DNA of 64,000 nucleotides, taken from assembly GCA_046570105.1 (NCBI GenBank), contig JBKHVI010000009.1, forward strand, positions 10,010 to 74,009, written 5' to 3'. Both the position numbers and the translations under genes were made by a program. How positions within the stretch are numbered: the first letter of the stretch is position 1; every line of letters starts with the position of its first letter. Positions 48,701-57,314 of the stretch are shown here, piece after piece. Under the pieces are notes generated by a model. That model did no database searches, was not told the origin of the DNA, and saw nothing but the letters and a program-made list of their open reading frames with translations. This stretch comes from Bacteriovoracia bacterium (lineage in GTDB: Bacteria; Bdellovibrionota; Bacteriovoracia; Bacteriovoracales; Bacteriovoracaceae).

Positions 48701-49423
48701 GAAGAGTTTACCGAGAAAGAACGTCTCTCAACAGAAGCTGAACTTTTAGGAATCTATATTTCTGGTCATCCGTTGAATCGTTATCAGGATATTTTAACCA
48801 AACTCGCCAGTATGCCGATCGCCGATGTGCAGGCGCTTCCGATGGTCAGTCGTCCTGAAGGTTTCAACCCACGAGGCCAGGACGCTGATCCGAGTCGTCG
48901 CCCAATGGTGCTGGGTGGTCTGATCACAGGTCTTAAAACCATTATCACTAAGAAAGGTGATAAGATGGCGTTTCTCACTCTAGAAGATTTGACTGGAAAA
49001 ATTGAATGTCTCATTTTTCCTCGCATCTATGCTGAGTTTGAAGCGATGCTTTCTAGTGATGAACCTATTCTCATGAGTGGACAGGCCAGTCTTTCGGAAG
49101 ATCCTAAGAAATTCTTCCCCGATAAAATTACAGCTCTCAAAGAAGCCTCAGATGATCGCGTGACAGCTGTTCGTGTGAATCTTCCGATGGAGCGCTTGAA
49201 TCCTCATTCACTGACTCGCGTGCGCCAAATCCTTTTAAGCTACCGTGGCACAGTCCCGATCCATTTTGTTTTTGAAACTCAAGAAGGCCGCGCGCGCCTA
49301 CCACTGGATGATAATTTCTTAGTGGCACCCTCGCCGCAAATGGCCGCGAAGATTAATGAAATCCTTCAACATAATTCTGTGAGCTTTATTGTTGATGGTC
49401 GCGCCGAAGAGGTTCGTTCATGA
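45716..49423 (+). CDS. dnaE: DNA polymerase III alpha subunit (start could be 45773)
   Basis: PHP domain HLHLHTQYS; GPGRGS, PDFDIDF, KFDFLGL and YGFNKSH motifs; OB fold. Confidence 0.98.
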   Translation: MAFLTDTRPRKASKIERLSMKNPFLGSQFQSTHADSFVHLHLHTQYSLLDGAIRLDDLFKKAKEIGVPAIASTDHGNMFGAIDFYTRALQAGIKPILGSEIYFTPGSRFDRRPPKNSKTLDSQDETEAKHQIHHLILLCKNLTGYRNLCKLLTKAYQEGFYYKPRADVDLLKEYSEGLIATSACLKGEVGFNLFTGQDDRAYAAAMKFKDIFGDDFYLEIQENGIPEQVDVNRKVVAFAKENNIKLVATNDCHYIDREDAAAQEVLMCIQTGKTFEDEKRMKLTTTEFFFKTPAQMREAFSYIKEACDNTLKIADECNLELTWQDEKGKQIYHLPKFDIPTEESEEEFFARASLEGLENRFAGPHFRELVVKENWATELRPRYIDRLNEEVRLIKQMGFTGYFLIVSDFIRWAKAHDIPVGPGRGSGAGSLVAYSLDITNIDPLPYNLLFERFINPERISMPDFDIDFCQDRRQEVIAYVTKKYGEERVGQIITFGKLQAKAVIRDVSRVFALPYSEADALAKLIPDELGIELQEAIDKEPKLKELEDNDPKIRRVLQISKRLEGLYRHASIHAAGVIITNEPLVTYCPLYKGREGEQVVQFDKDFSEKIGLVKFDFLGLKTLTVIDNAVKFVRRDHDKSFNIEDISMTDKSVFDLIGDGDTTGVFQLESSGMKDLCKRIKPDSIDDITAINALYRPGPMGSGMHDEFVEIKHGRKPEQYLFEELRPVLKDTYGIIVYQEQVMNIARTIAGFSLGQADMLRRAMGKKKPEEMEKYKKIFIEGASAKGFDVDKSIYLFDLMAKFAEYGFNKSHAVAYAVIAYQTAFLKRYYPAAFYAALLGTEISNMDKVTMYAQDAREHDIVILPPDVNESLWLFNVIGNTIRFGMGAIKNVGEGAVQAIIKEREENGPLKGLIDFSERVNPKEVNSRVMESLVKVGAFDSVEKYNRKTLLENLEMITAYGARKQEEKSMGQTNLFDMGGSSEASAEEALQIHETEEFTEKERLSTEAELLGIYISGHPLNRYQDILTKLASMPIADVQALPMVSRPEGFNPRGQDADPSRRPMVLGGLITGLKTIITKKGDKMAFLTLEDLTGKIECLIFPRIYAEFEAMLSSDEPILMSGQASLSEDPKKFFPDKITALKEASDDRVTAVRVNLPMERLNPHSLTRVRQILLSYRGTVPIHFVFETQEGRARLPLDDNFLVAPSPQMAAKINEILQHNSVSFIVDGRAEEVRS

Positions 49424-50718
49424 AAAAAATTGGCTGGCTCATTATTGGTTCTCTTTTAGCCATTTTTCCTATTTTAATGGCGCAAGCAGGTACGGTTTCT
49501 GTTGAAATTCCTGCACACGAAGCTCCGGAAGAGGAAATTCGCCAAGCGCTTTTACGCGCGGCCACTGAAAAGCTCGTTGCTGAAAGCATGAAGGGCCGAA
49601 ACCTCAATGAAGCCGTCTATCAGGAAGCCTTGACTCAGAAATTTGATCCTTGGTTTGCTGAAATTGAAAAAAGACTCAGAGAAGAATTAACTCAGAAAAA
49701 CACTCCGGCCGAGCAGATTGAGCAAAAACTTGTCTGGGAGAAGTCTAAGAGTCGTTTCACTTTTGCTAAGTTAGATAAACTGATTAAGCGCTACACCATC
49801 AAATCCTTTTCGGCCCATCCTGAAACAGTGGGCGTTTGGCAGATGACACTAGAAGGGGAGGTTGACGAAAATCTCTTACCGATTCATGTGCAACGTATGC
49901 AAGATGAGTCGCGCGCTTTTCGCCGACTTTGGATTTATCCGCAAATACGATTGGATAACTTTAGCTGGGAAGACCTGAAGCTTTCACAAGCTTCAGATTT
50001 CATGACACCTGTTCAGAACGAATGGCTAAAGTGGTTTCAAGATCGCCCACCTGGTGATGTAGAAGACATTGCGATTTGTGATGAGGCCTGTGAAAAGCTT
50101 TTAGAAAAATGGCGTGCCCACGATGAAAAAAATATGGGCAGCTTTGTTGAGCCTGAACTCATTGGTGGTCTCTTGTTAACGGTAAATATTAATTTGAGCC
50201 GTGAGCAATTGATGGGTGCAGTGAAAGAATCAAAGATCACCTACAGCGGAGGTTTGATTCTACAAGATCTCAACACCAAGCGTGTCCTCCATTGGGCCGA
50301 TTTGCCCAAAGAGATTCAAACTCTCAAACTTAAAGAACAAAAGAAATTCAACTCGGGCCTTGCCACCCAGACCTATCGTTATCCCTTGGGTAAGTTTGAA
50401 GAGGTAAAAACCCAAGTAGGGAAGTCGGTCTCCTTAACGAATTCCATTGTCCTTCGCTTGGTTAATGCTCGCCATCTAGGAGAAGCGATGCGCTTAGTGG
50501 AATGGATTCGCGTGAAAGGTGCCCCTATGCAGGCCCAGGGCAAGCTTGATTCCTTCAATTCTAAGAATGCCCGAATCCTGGTGCACTTTCGCGGAGAGGG
50601 AAACAAATTCAAGGCTTTGGTGTCAGGCGTAAAAGAGTTAGAATCAGAATGGGGCCGTCCCCTCGCGATTGAAGAACAAAGTAACGAACTCGTCATTACT
50701 TTGGAATCAAAACCGTAA
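49420..50718 (+). CDS. exported hypothetical protein
   Basis: Signal peptide ..AQA; ATGA overlap with the dnaE stop. Confidence 0.75.
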   Translation: MKKIGWLIIGSLLAIFPILMAQAGTVSVEIPAHEAPEEEIRQALLRAATEKLVAESMKGRNLNEAVYQEALTQKFDPWFAEIEKRLREELTQKNTPAEQIEQKLVWEKSKSRFTFAKLDKLIKRYTIKSFSAHPETVGVWQMTLEGEVDENLLPIHVQRMQDESRAFRRLWIYPQIRLDNFSWEDLKLSQASDFMTPVQNEWLKWFQDRPPGDVEDIAICDEACEKLLEKWRAHDEKNMGSFVEPELIGGLLLTVNINLSREQLMGAVKESKITYSGGLILQDLNTKRVLHWADLPKEIQTLKLKEQKKFNSGLATQTYRYPLGKFEEVKTQVGKSVSLTNSIVLRLVNARHLGEAMRLVEWIRVKGAPMQAQGKLDSFNSKNARILVHFRGEGNKFKALVSGVKELESEWGRPLAIEEQSNELVITLESKP

Positions 50719-50749
50719 ACGTTTAACGGCCCACCAAAGGTGAGCCGTT

Positions 50750-51673
50750 ATGACAAAAATTTTGTGTTTAATTCTTCTCATCACTTCCTGTGCAGCACCC
50801 ATTCGACGCACACCACTTGATCCTGGTCGCATGACTAATCAAAACACTAATCGCAATGTAAAAGACTTCAATCCCATTCGTAAAAAAATCGCACTCTTGA
50901 GTTTCTATAATGAAGCTCCTTTCGGCGGTGAAGACTTGGCGATTCAAGCGACTGAAGAGTTTCGTCGAGAAGTGATGCGTTCACGTGACTATCTGGTTGA
51001 TCCCACTGCCGCACAAATCTTTGGTAACTCAAAAGAAATTTATTCAGGTGGGGGAGTGAAGCTCGCTCAGCTAACTCGTAAAGCAAAAATGGCCGGCGTG
51101 AATTTGGTTATTTTTGGACGTATTGTTGATGCTCGTGTTCGCCAGGCCTCTGATGAAATTGGTTTTGTGAGAAAGACAAAAGCTCTCGCTGAAACAAAAG
51201 TAGAGATCAAAGTTTTTGATGTGATCTCAAGTAAAGAGCTATTGAGTGACACGGTTGATGGCACAGTTCACGACGATAACTTTCGTTTTCATTTATCTGA
51301 AGAAGAAGAGAACTTGGCCTATCGCCAGGATCTGATGCGCTATTCAACTCGCGTAGCTGTTCGTAAGTTTCTCCCACGCTTAATTAGCCTTGGTTCAAAA
51401 CTCGACTGGACCGGGCGAATCGCTAAGATTATCGGTACAAAAGTTTACATCAATGCCGGCCGCGATAGCGGAATCAACATCGGTGATATTTTAAAAGTTA
51501 TTACTGAAGGCCAAGATGTCTATGACCCTGAAACAGGCGCACTCATTGGTATCTCCAAGGGGGATATCAAAGGCACGCTTGAGGTGATGGATTATTTCGG
51601 GCCAGATGGGGCGATTGCCATTCTTCACTCGGGTGGTTCAGTCACTGAGGGTGATTTCGTACAGCTTTATTGA
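50750..51673 (+). CDS. lipoprotein, CsgG-like domain plus FlgT-C-like domain
   Basis: Lipobox ITSC; KKIALLSFYN; WTGRI...VYINAG..SGI.IGD. Confidence 0.7.
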   Translation: MTKILCLILLITSCAAPIRRTPLDPGRMTNQNTNRNVKDFNPIRKKIALLSFYNEAPFGGEDLAIQATEEFRREVMRSRDYLVDPTAAQIFGNSKEIYSGGGVKLAQLTRKAKMAGVNLVIFGRIVDARVRQASDEIGFVRKTKALAETKVEIKVFDVISSKELLSDTVDGTVHDDNFRFHLSEEEENLAYRQDLMRYSTRVAVRKFLPRLISLGSKLDWTGRIAKIIGTKVYINAGRDSGINIGDILKVITEGQDVYDPETGALIGISKGDIKGTLEVMDYFGPDGAIAILHSGGSVTEGDFVQLY

Positions 51674-51678
51674 TTATT

Positions 51679-51839
51679 TTCAAATTCGCCCGTCTCATCC
51701 TGGCGCACAGAACTTCTTAAGTAATGAAATTCAAGCCAGGATGAATCAATCATTAAACGAAGACTGCACGAGGCGTCCTCAAGATGTTTGTCGCTACTAA
51801 ATAACATACTTAGCTTCGGACTTTACGGGCGAATTTGAA
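51679..51839 (-). repeat. full copy A of the dispersed structured element
   Basis: 15-bp perfect inverted arms TTCAAATTCGCCCGT / ACGGGCGAATTTGAA; internal boxes shared with 56013-56178. Confidence 0.85.
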
Positions 51840-51856
51840 TGGCAAAAAACTACAAA

Positions 51857-52525
51857 TTAAACGTACGGAATCGGATCTTTCATGCCAGCTTCAGTAAAGC
51901 CGCGCATGCGAAGGGCGCAGGAATCACACACACCACAGGCCTTATCTGAACGTGCGTAGCATGACCAGCTCAGCTCAAACGGAGCTTTGAGTTTTACTCC
52001 CAGCTCAACAATTGCTTTTTTCTTTAAGAGAATAACCGGCGTCTCGATCTTGATGTGGCTGGCCTTAGTACCAAGGCCCACCAATTTATTAAAAGCTTCA
52101 TAGTATTGCGGACGACAATCGGGGTAGCCGGGAGAATCTTCCCAGTTCGCACCGATGTATAAAATGCCCGCACCGACAACTTCCGCCCACGAGACAGCGA
52201 GTGAAAGAATGATCGAGTTTCTGAAAGGCACGTAGCTATCAGGAATAAGATCTGAGTCGCCTTGATAGTCTTTCACACTGATCGAAGCATCAGTCAGAGA
52301 GCTGCCGCCGATCTGTTGCAGAAAGCGCATATCAATAATTTTTCGCAAATGTTTGGGGATCTGATAGTGATCAGCGATTTTAACAAATGAGTCGTACTCA
52401 CGAGAAGAAGTCTTCTGGCCATAATCCATATGCAAGAACGCCACTGACTTGTGCTTTTTGACAGCTTCAGCTGCACACACAAGAGAGTCCATTCCACCGC
52501 TGACCAAGACAATGGCATCAACCAT
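51857..52525 (-). CDS. queC: 7-cyano-7-deazaguanine synthase
   Basis: SGGMDS, YGQK, YVPFRN, YPDCR and SWSCY...CGVCDSC motifs. Confidence 0.96.
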   Translation of the reverse strand: MVDAIVLVSGGMDSLVCAAEAVKKHKSVAFLHMDYGQKTSSREYDSFVKIADHYQIPKHLRKIIDMRFLQQIGGSSLTDASISVKDYQGDSDLIPDSYVPFRNSIILSLAVSWAEVVGAGILYIGANWEDSPGYPDCRPQYYEAFNKLVGLGTKASHIKIETPVILLKKKAIVELGVKLKAPFELSWSCYARSDKACGVCDSCALRMRGFTEAGMKDPIPYV

Positions 52526-52526
52526 A

Positions 52527-54260
52527 CTAAACCTCAGCGCACGTCGCGAGGACAAAATCAGTAATCTTTTTGATTTTATCTTGTGCGCGTTTCTTCTTAT
52601 CGGCGAGGCTGCCTTCGTGCTCGCCTACCATGATATAAAATTTAATCTTGGGCTCTGTTCCTGAGGGACGCAAGAAAAGTTGATCGCCGTTTACAAAAGT
52701 AAAACCTAAAACGTTGCTTGGTGGCAGACCTGATTCAGGTTTTAAAAAGTCGGTCAGATTTTTAATCTTAAGCGAAACGATCTCAGGATATTTGTAATGA
52801 CGGAAGTGCTCCATGATACGCTTAATCTTTTTGCCGCCTTCGATACCTTCGTAATCGAGAGACACGAGATGCTCCATAAAGAAACCATACTCGTTGGCGA
52901 TTTCATCCATGGCGTCCATAAGAGTCATGCCGCGCGTTTTGTAATGAAGCGCAATTTCACACATCAGCGCCATCGAAGAGACGCCGTCTTTATCGCGAGA
53001 AGCATTGTGAGGCATATAACCAAACGACTCTTCTGAAGCGAAGACAAAGTTATAAGGTGATTTCTCAACTTCCAGGCGACGAATGAGATCGGCCATCCAT
53101 TTAAAGCCGGTGAGGGTCGCCATGATGGTGCCACCGAATTTTTTGACGATGGTGTCTTGCACCGGTGACGTCACAATACTTTTCACCACCAGTGGATTTT
53201 TAGGCAAAAGGTTTTTAGCTTGGCGAGTTTTGAAAACGTAGTGCAAGAACAGAGCACCCAGTTGATTACCGTTAATATAAAACGGCTCTCCTTTGTGGTT
53301 TCCTACGACTCCTAGGCGATCACCATCCGGGTCACTGCCGAAGACGATATCGGCATTGGTGGCGAGCATTTCATCGACTGCCATTTTAAGAGCGGCAGGC
53401 TCTTCCGGATTTGGATATTTAACGGTTGGGAAATTTCCATCTGGTTTTGCTTGAGCGGCAATAGTTGTGAGTGTGGTGAAGCCTAAGCGTTTCACAATAG
53501 TTTCACACGGGACAAGTGCTGTTCCGTGAAGTGGAGTGAAGACGACTTTTAATTCTTTCCCGCGTGACTGACAGAGTTCGCGATCAAGAATCACAGTCTC
53601 TTCGATCATTTTATAAAAAGCTTCGTCGACTTCAGGACCTGTATCACTGACGAAACCTTGGGCTTTTGCTTCAGTGAAACTCATGTATTTGAGCTCTGAC
53701 CAATCCGTGAGCGAGTTGTAGCTATCGATGATTTCTTGATCCATGGGAGGCACCACTTGGCCGCCATCACTCCAGAATACTTTGTAGCCATTGTACTTAG
53801 GAGGATTATGACTGGCGGTGACCATCACTCCGCCTTGAGCGCCGTAAAAGCGGATGGCGAAAGAGAGCATGGGAGTCGGAGTGAGAACCGGGAAAATACG
53901 GCCCTTGATACCGAAGGCCGCCATGACGCCCAGAGTTTCTTCGGCAAATTCTCGCGAGCCATTTCGACAGTCATAAGAGACCACGATACTGGCACCAGTG
54001 GGATAGTGTTTTTTGAGGGTGAGTGCAAACGCCTGGGCCGCGCGACGAACGGTATAGCGATTGATGCGATTTTCGCCCATTCCGAGCACACCTCGCAGGC
54101 CTCCGGTGCCAAACTCAAGGCCTTTGTGAAAGCGCTCAGTGAGTTCACTCTCTGTTTGAGGGAGATTTTTGAGTAAATCCAGGATTTCTTGGCGGTCGTT
54201 TAGTGCGATCGCCGGATGATGACCCCAGGCCTCTGCCTTGCTGATAATCTCTTTAGACAT
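52527..54260 (-). CDS. pgm: phosphoglucomutase / phospho-sugar mutase
   Basis: FGTGGLRG, TASHNP, DPDGDR, EESFG and RPSGTEPKIK motifs. Confidence 0.92.
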   Translation of the reverse strand: MSKEIISKAEAWGHHPAIALNDRQEILDLLKNLPQTESELTERFHKGLEFGTGGLRGVLGMGENRINRYTVRRAAQAFALTLKKHYPTGASIVVSYDCRNGSREFAEETLGVMAAFGIKGRIFPVLTPTPMLSFAIRFYGAQGGVMVTASHNPPKYNGYKVFWSDGGQVVPPMDQEIIDSYNSLTDWSELKYMSFTEAKAQGFVSDTGPEVDEAFYKMIEETVILDRELCQSRGKELKVVFTPLHGTALVPCETIVKRLGFTTLTTIAAQAKPDGNFPTVKYPNPEEPAALKMAVDEMLATNADIVFGSDPDGDRLGVVGNHKGEPFYINGNQLGALFLHYVFKTRQAKNLLPKNPLVVKSIVTSPVQDTIVKKFGGTIMATLTGFKWMADLIRRLEVEKSPYNFVFASEESFGYMPHNASRDKDGVSSMALMCEIALHYKTRGMTLMDAMDEIANEYGFFMEHLVSLDYEGIEGGKKIKRIMEHFRHYKYPEIVSLKIKNLTDFLKPESGLPPSNVLGFTFVNGDQLFLRPSGTEPKIKFYIMVGEHEGSLADKKKRAQDKIKKITDFVLATCAEV

Positions 54261-54362
54261 AGATATTTCCTTAATGCACCGTAGCGTAGTCCACACAGGA
54301 CTTGTCGAGAACGGCCATCCTCCTTATAGTGAGTTTTTTACAATAACATGGCAGGAGAGACC

Positions 54363-54611
54363 ATGGCGAACCCCAAGAAAAAGCACGAAAAAAATATTCC
54401 CGGCGCCTTTTATTGCACCGACCCCGATGATGATGCGGGTGAAGGGTGTATTGCCTGTAACGTCTGTTATTCTGGAGCCCCAGAATTCTTTGCAGAAGAT
54501 GATAACGGTAATGCCTACGTCAAAAAACAGCCGACCAATCCTAAGGAAATCGAGCTGTGCCAAGAGCAAATCGACGCATGTCCTGTGAACTCGATTGGCC
54601 GTGACGGTTGA
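54363..54611 (+). CDS. ferredoxin
   Basis: CIACNVC...CPVNSI; SD AGGAG. Confidence 0.9.
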   Translation: MANPKKKHEKNIPGAFYCTDPDDDAGEGCIACNVCYSGAPEFFAEDDNGNAYVKKQPTNPKEIELCQEQIDACPVNSIGRDG

Positions 54612-54658
54612 TCAGGCTTTAAGCTTTTTTAACAATTATATTTCCGCATAAAATTCAT

Positions 54659-54692
54659 CCTTAAGTTAAACTAGAGATAGTCTAACTTAAGG
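54659..54692 (+). promoter_or_regulatory. hairpin / palindrome overlapping the SD of the antiporter gene
   Basis: CCTTAAGTTA-a-ACTA-gaga-TAGT-c-TAACTTAAGG; the right arm contains the start of AAGGAG. Confidence 0.55.
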
Positions 54693-54699
54693 AGCCCAA

Positions 54700-55980
54700 A
54701 TGAACCCTAGTCTCGTAGAGTTGGGAGCGACCATTATTTTCGCGCTCGCCATCTTGCACACCTTTATGGTGTCGAAGTTTGCAGAAATGGCCCATCACTA
54801 TCCGGAAGGATCAATGGGTGAAAACTTGTTTCACTTTTTAGCTGAAGTGGAAGCCGTTTTTGGTATGTGGGCAGCTGTCTTTATCGTCTATATGGCAGCC
54901 GTTGCCGGAGTGAGTGCTCCAATCCCTTATCTTGAAAGTTTGAATTACACCGAGCCAGCTTTTGTTTTCGTCATTATGGCGATGGCGGGAACTCGTCCGG
55001 TTATTAAGCTCGCAGAAAAAGTGATTGTCTTGATTTCAAGTTTGCTACCTATTCCAAAAAAGATGGCCTTCTTCCTCACTGCCTGTGTGGTCGGTCCTCT
55101 TTTGGGATCATTCATTACAGAGCCTGCGGCGATGACAGTCACTGCGCTTATCTTGCAGAAGAACTTCTTCTCTCGTGAAATGAGCACCAAGTTTAAATAC
55201 GCCACAATTGGTTTGTTGTTTGTGAACATTTCAATCGGCGGAACGCTGACTCACTTTGCCGCTCCTCCTGTTCTTATGGTGGCCGGTAAATGGGGTTGGG
55301 GTATGTCTCATATGATGACTCAATTCGGTTATAAAGCCGCCATCGCTTGTATCATCAGTGCCTTGACGATTACGTTTATGTTCAAAAAAGAATTGGCCGG
55401 CAGCTTTGAGCTACGTGCTGAAAGTGGCGATAAGATGCATCCACCAGTTTGGGTCACCATCATTCACTTGATCTTTTTGGCGATGGTGGTTTTAACTGCT
55501 CACCACATGGTGTTCTTCATGGGTCTCTTCTTGTTCTTCCTAGGTTTCACAACAGTGACGCAAGAATTCCAGGATGATCGCATCAAGATTAAAGAATCAT
55601 TGATGGTTGGTTTCTTCTTGGGTGGATTGATTGTGCTTGGATCTCTTCAGAAATGGTGGCTCCAGCCGTTGATTTCATCATTGGGTGACCAAGCGCTCTT
55701 CTTTGGTGCAACTGGTTTGACGGCGATTACCGACAACGCCGCTTTGACTTACTTAGGCTCGTTGGTTGAGTTGAGTGATTCTGCGAAATACTTCTTAGTT
55801 GCTGGTGCAGTGACGGGGGGTGGTTTAACGGTTATCGCTAACGCTCCTAACCCAGCAGGCTACGGAATCTTGAAAGAGAACTTTGAAGGTGGAAATATTT
55901 CACCTTTCGGTCTTTTGAAAGGTGCTCTCTTCCCAACAGTGGTAGCGATTATCTGTTTTGAAATTCTGCCAAATCTCTAA
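54700..55980 (+). CDS. putative Na+/H+ antiporter (DUF1504 family)
   Basis: LAEVEAVFG.W, GSFITEPAAMT, NISIGG.LT.FAAPP, TDNAA and GGGLTVIANAPNPAG motifs. Confidence 0.88.
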   Translation: MNPSLVELGATIIFALAILHTFMVSKFAEMAHHYPEGSMGENLFHFLAEVEAVFGMWAAVFIVYMAAVAGVSAPIPYLESLNYTEPAFVFVIMAMAGTRPVIKLAEKVIVLISSLLPIPKKMAFFLTACVVGPLLGSFITEPAAMTVTALILQKNFFSREMSTKFKYATIGLLFVNISIGGTLTHFAAPPVLMVAGKWGWGMSHMMTQFGYKAAIACIISALTITFMFKKELAGSFELRAESGDKMHPPVWVTIIHLIFLAMVVLTAHHMVFFMGLFLFFLGFTTVTQEFQDDRIKIKESLMVGFFLGGLIVLGSLQKWWLQPLISSLGDQALFFGATGLTAITDNAALTYLGSLVELSDSAKYFLVAGAVTGGGLTVIANAPNPAGYGILKENFEGGNISPFGLLKGALFPTVVAIICFEILPNL

Positions 55981-55983
55981 ATG

Positions 55984-56011
55984 AAAAGGGCCTCGAAAGA
56001 GGCCCTTTTTT
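55984..56011 (+). terminator. intrinsic terminator
   Basis: AAAAGGGCCTC-GAAA-GAGGCCCTTTTTT. Confidence 0.9.
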
Positions 56012-56012
56012 A

Positions 56013-56178
56013 TTTTTACAAATTTGCCAGTAAAGTCCGAAGCTAAATCTCATTTATATTCGAAGATTATTTAGAGGACGCCTTAAGCTTTCTACTAGAA
56101 AAGATAAGTTCATCCTGGAAGCCAATCCAAGCATTTAACTTCTACATAGCCAGGATGAGACTGGCAAAATTGTAAAAA
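56013..56178 (+). repeat. full copy B of the dispersed structured element
   Basis: 19-bp arms TTTTTACAAATTTGCCAGT / ACTGGCAAAATTGTAAAAA (1 mismatch); boxes AAAGTCCGAAGCTAA, GAGGACGCCT, TTCATCCTGG and GCCAGGATGAGAC. Confidence 0.85.
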
Positions 56179-57258
56179 TTAATACTCGATTTTCGGAACA
56201 AACGTCAGCCAACCTTCCGGTGGTGGTACGCGGCCTGCCTGCACACCCTGCAACTCTTCTTTAAGTTCTTTGGAGAGTTTTCCTTCCGGCTCACGTAAGT
56301 GATAGGTGCTGCCGTCTTTGAATTTAAGGCTGGCGATGGGAACAAGCACTGAAGCTGTGCCACAGACAAAGGCTTCACTACATTCACCTGATTTAATTTT
56401 AGCGAGGAGATCATCAATATGGATGCGCTCTTCAATCACTGGCCATTTGCGGCGCTGAGCAAGCTCCATGAGTGATCGGCGTGTGACACCTTCCAAAATA
56501 CTGTCAGAGAGTGGAGGAGTGACAAAAGTATCGTTGATGACAGCAAAGAAATTCATGCCGCTCATCTCTTCCACGTAAGCATGCTCTTTCGAATCAAGCC
56601 ACATGGTTTGATCACAGCCTTCATTCAATGTGCGTGCGTATGAGTGCAAACTGGCGGCATAGTTACCACCCGTTTTGGCAGCACCAATTCCACCGGTAGC
56701 TGCGCGGACTTCATCGCGCTCTACATACACCTTCACGGCTGGATTACTAAAATAGTTTCCTGAAGGTGAGGCGACGACACAGAAAAGAAATTCTTTCGAT
56801 GGCTTAATTCCTAACCCTGCTTCTGAGGCAATCATGAATGGACGAAGATAAAGTGACTCACCTAAGCGGCGAGGAACTAAGTGATGAGAATAAGCAGTAA
56901 GAGTGGCACAGGCCTCGACAAATAGGTCTTCGGGAAATTCCGGCATCGCCATACGACGAGCTGAAAAATTAAATCGGCGAGCGTTATGTTCTGGTCTAAA
57001 TAGGCTGATCTCACCTTCGGGGTGGCGATAGGCCTTAAGGCCTTCAAAAATTTCTTGAGCATAATGAAGAACTTTGGCGCATGGATCAAGTTGGAGGGGG
57101 CCGTAAGGGATCAGTGCGACCTTGCCCCAAGTGCCTTCTTTGTAGTGACACGTCACCATAATCGGCGACATATATTTTCCAAATCCCAAATTTACGTCGT
57201 TAATTGTAAATTTTTTTACGATCTCGACAGCTTCTGGGTTGATTTCAATTCTTTTCAT
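56179..57258 (-). CDS. ilvE: branched-chain amino acid aminotransferase
   Basis: LHYAQEIFEGLKAY, LYLRPF, AKTGGNYAA, EEMSGMN, ILEGVTR and GTA motifs. Confidence 0.95.
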   Translation of the reverse strand: MKRIEINPEAVEIVKKFTINDVNLGFGKYMSPIMVTCHYKEGTWGKVALIPYGPLQLDPCAKVLHYAQEIFEGLKAYRHPEGEISLFRPEHNARRFNFSARRMAMPEFPEDLFVEACATLTAYSHHLVPRRLGESLYLRPFMIASEAGLGIKPSKEFLFCVVASPSGNYFSNPAVKVYVERDEVRAATGGIGAAKTGGNYAASLHSYARTLNEGCDQTMWLDSKEHAYVEEMSGMNFFAVINDTFVTPPLSDSILEGVTRRSLMELAQRRKWPVIEERIHIDDLLAKIKSGECSEAFVCGTASVLVPIASLKFKDGSTYHLREPEGKLSKELKEELQGVQAGRVPPPEGWLTFVPKIEY

Positions 57259-57314
57259 AGGGAACCTCATTCTATAATCAGGGGTATCTTACCCCTGTTG
57301 GGAGCACTTTTGGC

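Noticed and set aside
45716..49423. Intein or split in dnaE
   Set aside because: Normal length, continuous motifs, and no C...HN splice-junction insertion.
51679..51839. Hammerhead ribozyme, integron attC site or classical MITE
   Set aside because: No CUGANGA/GAAA core on either strand; no RYYYAAC/GTTRRRY ends or cassette context; no clear target-site duplication and non-uniform divergence. It is left unclassified rather than forced into these classes.
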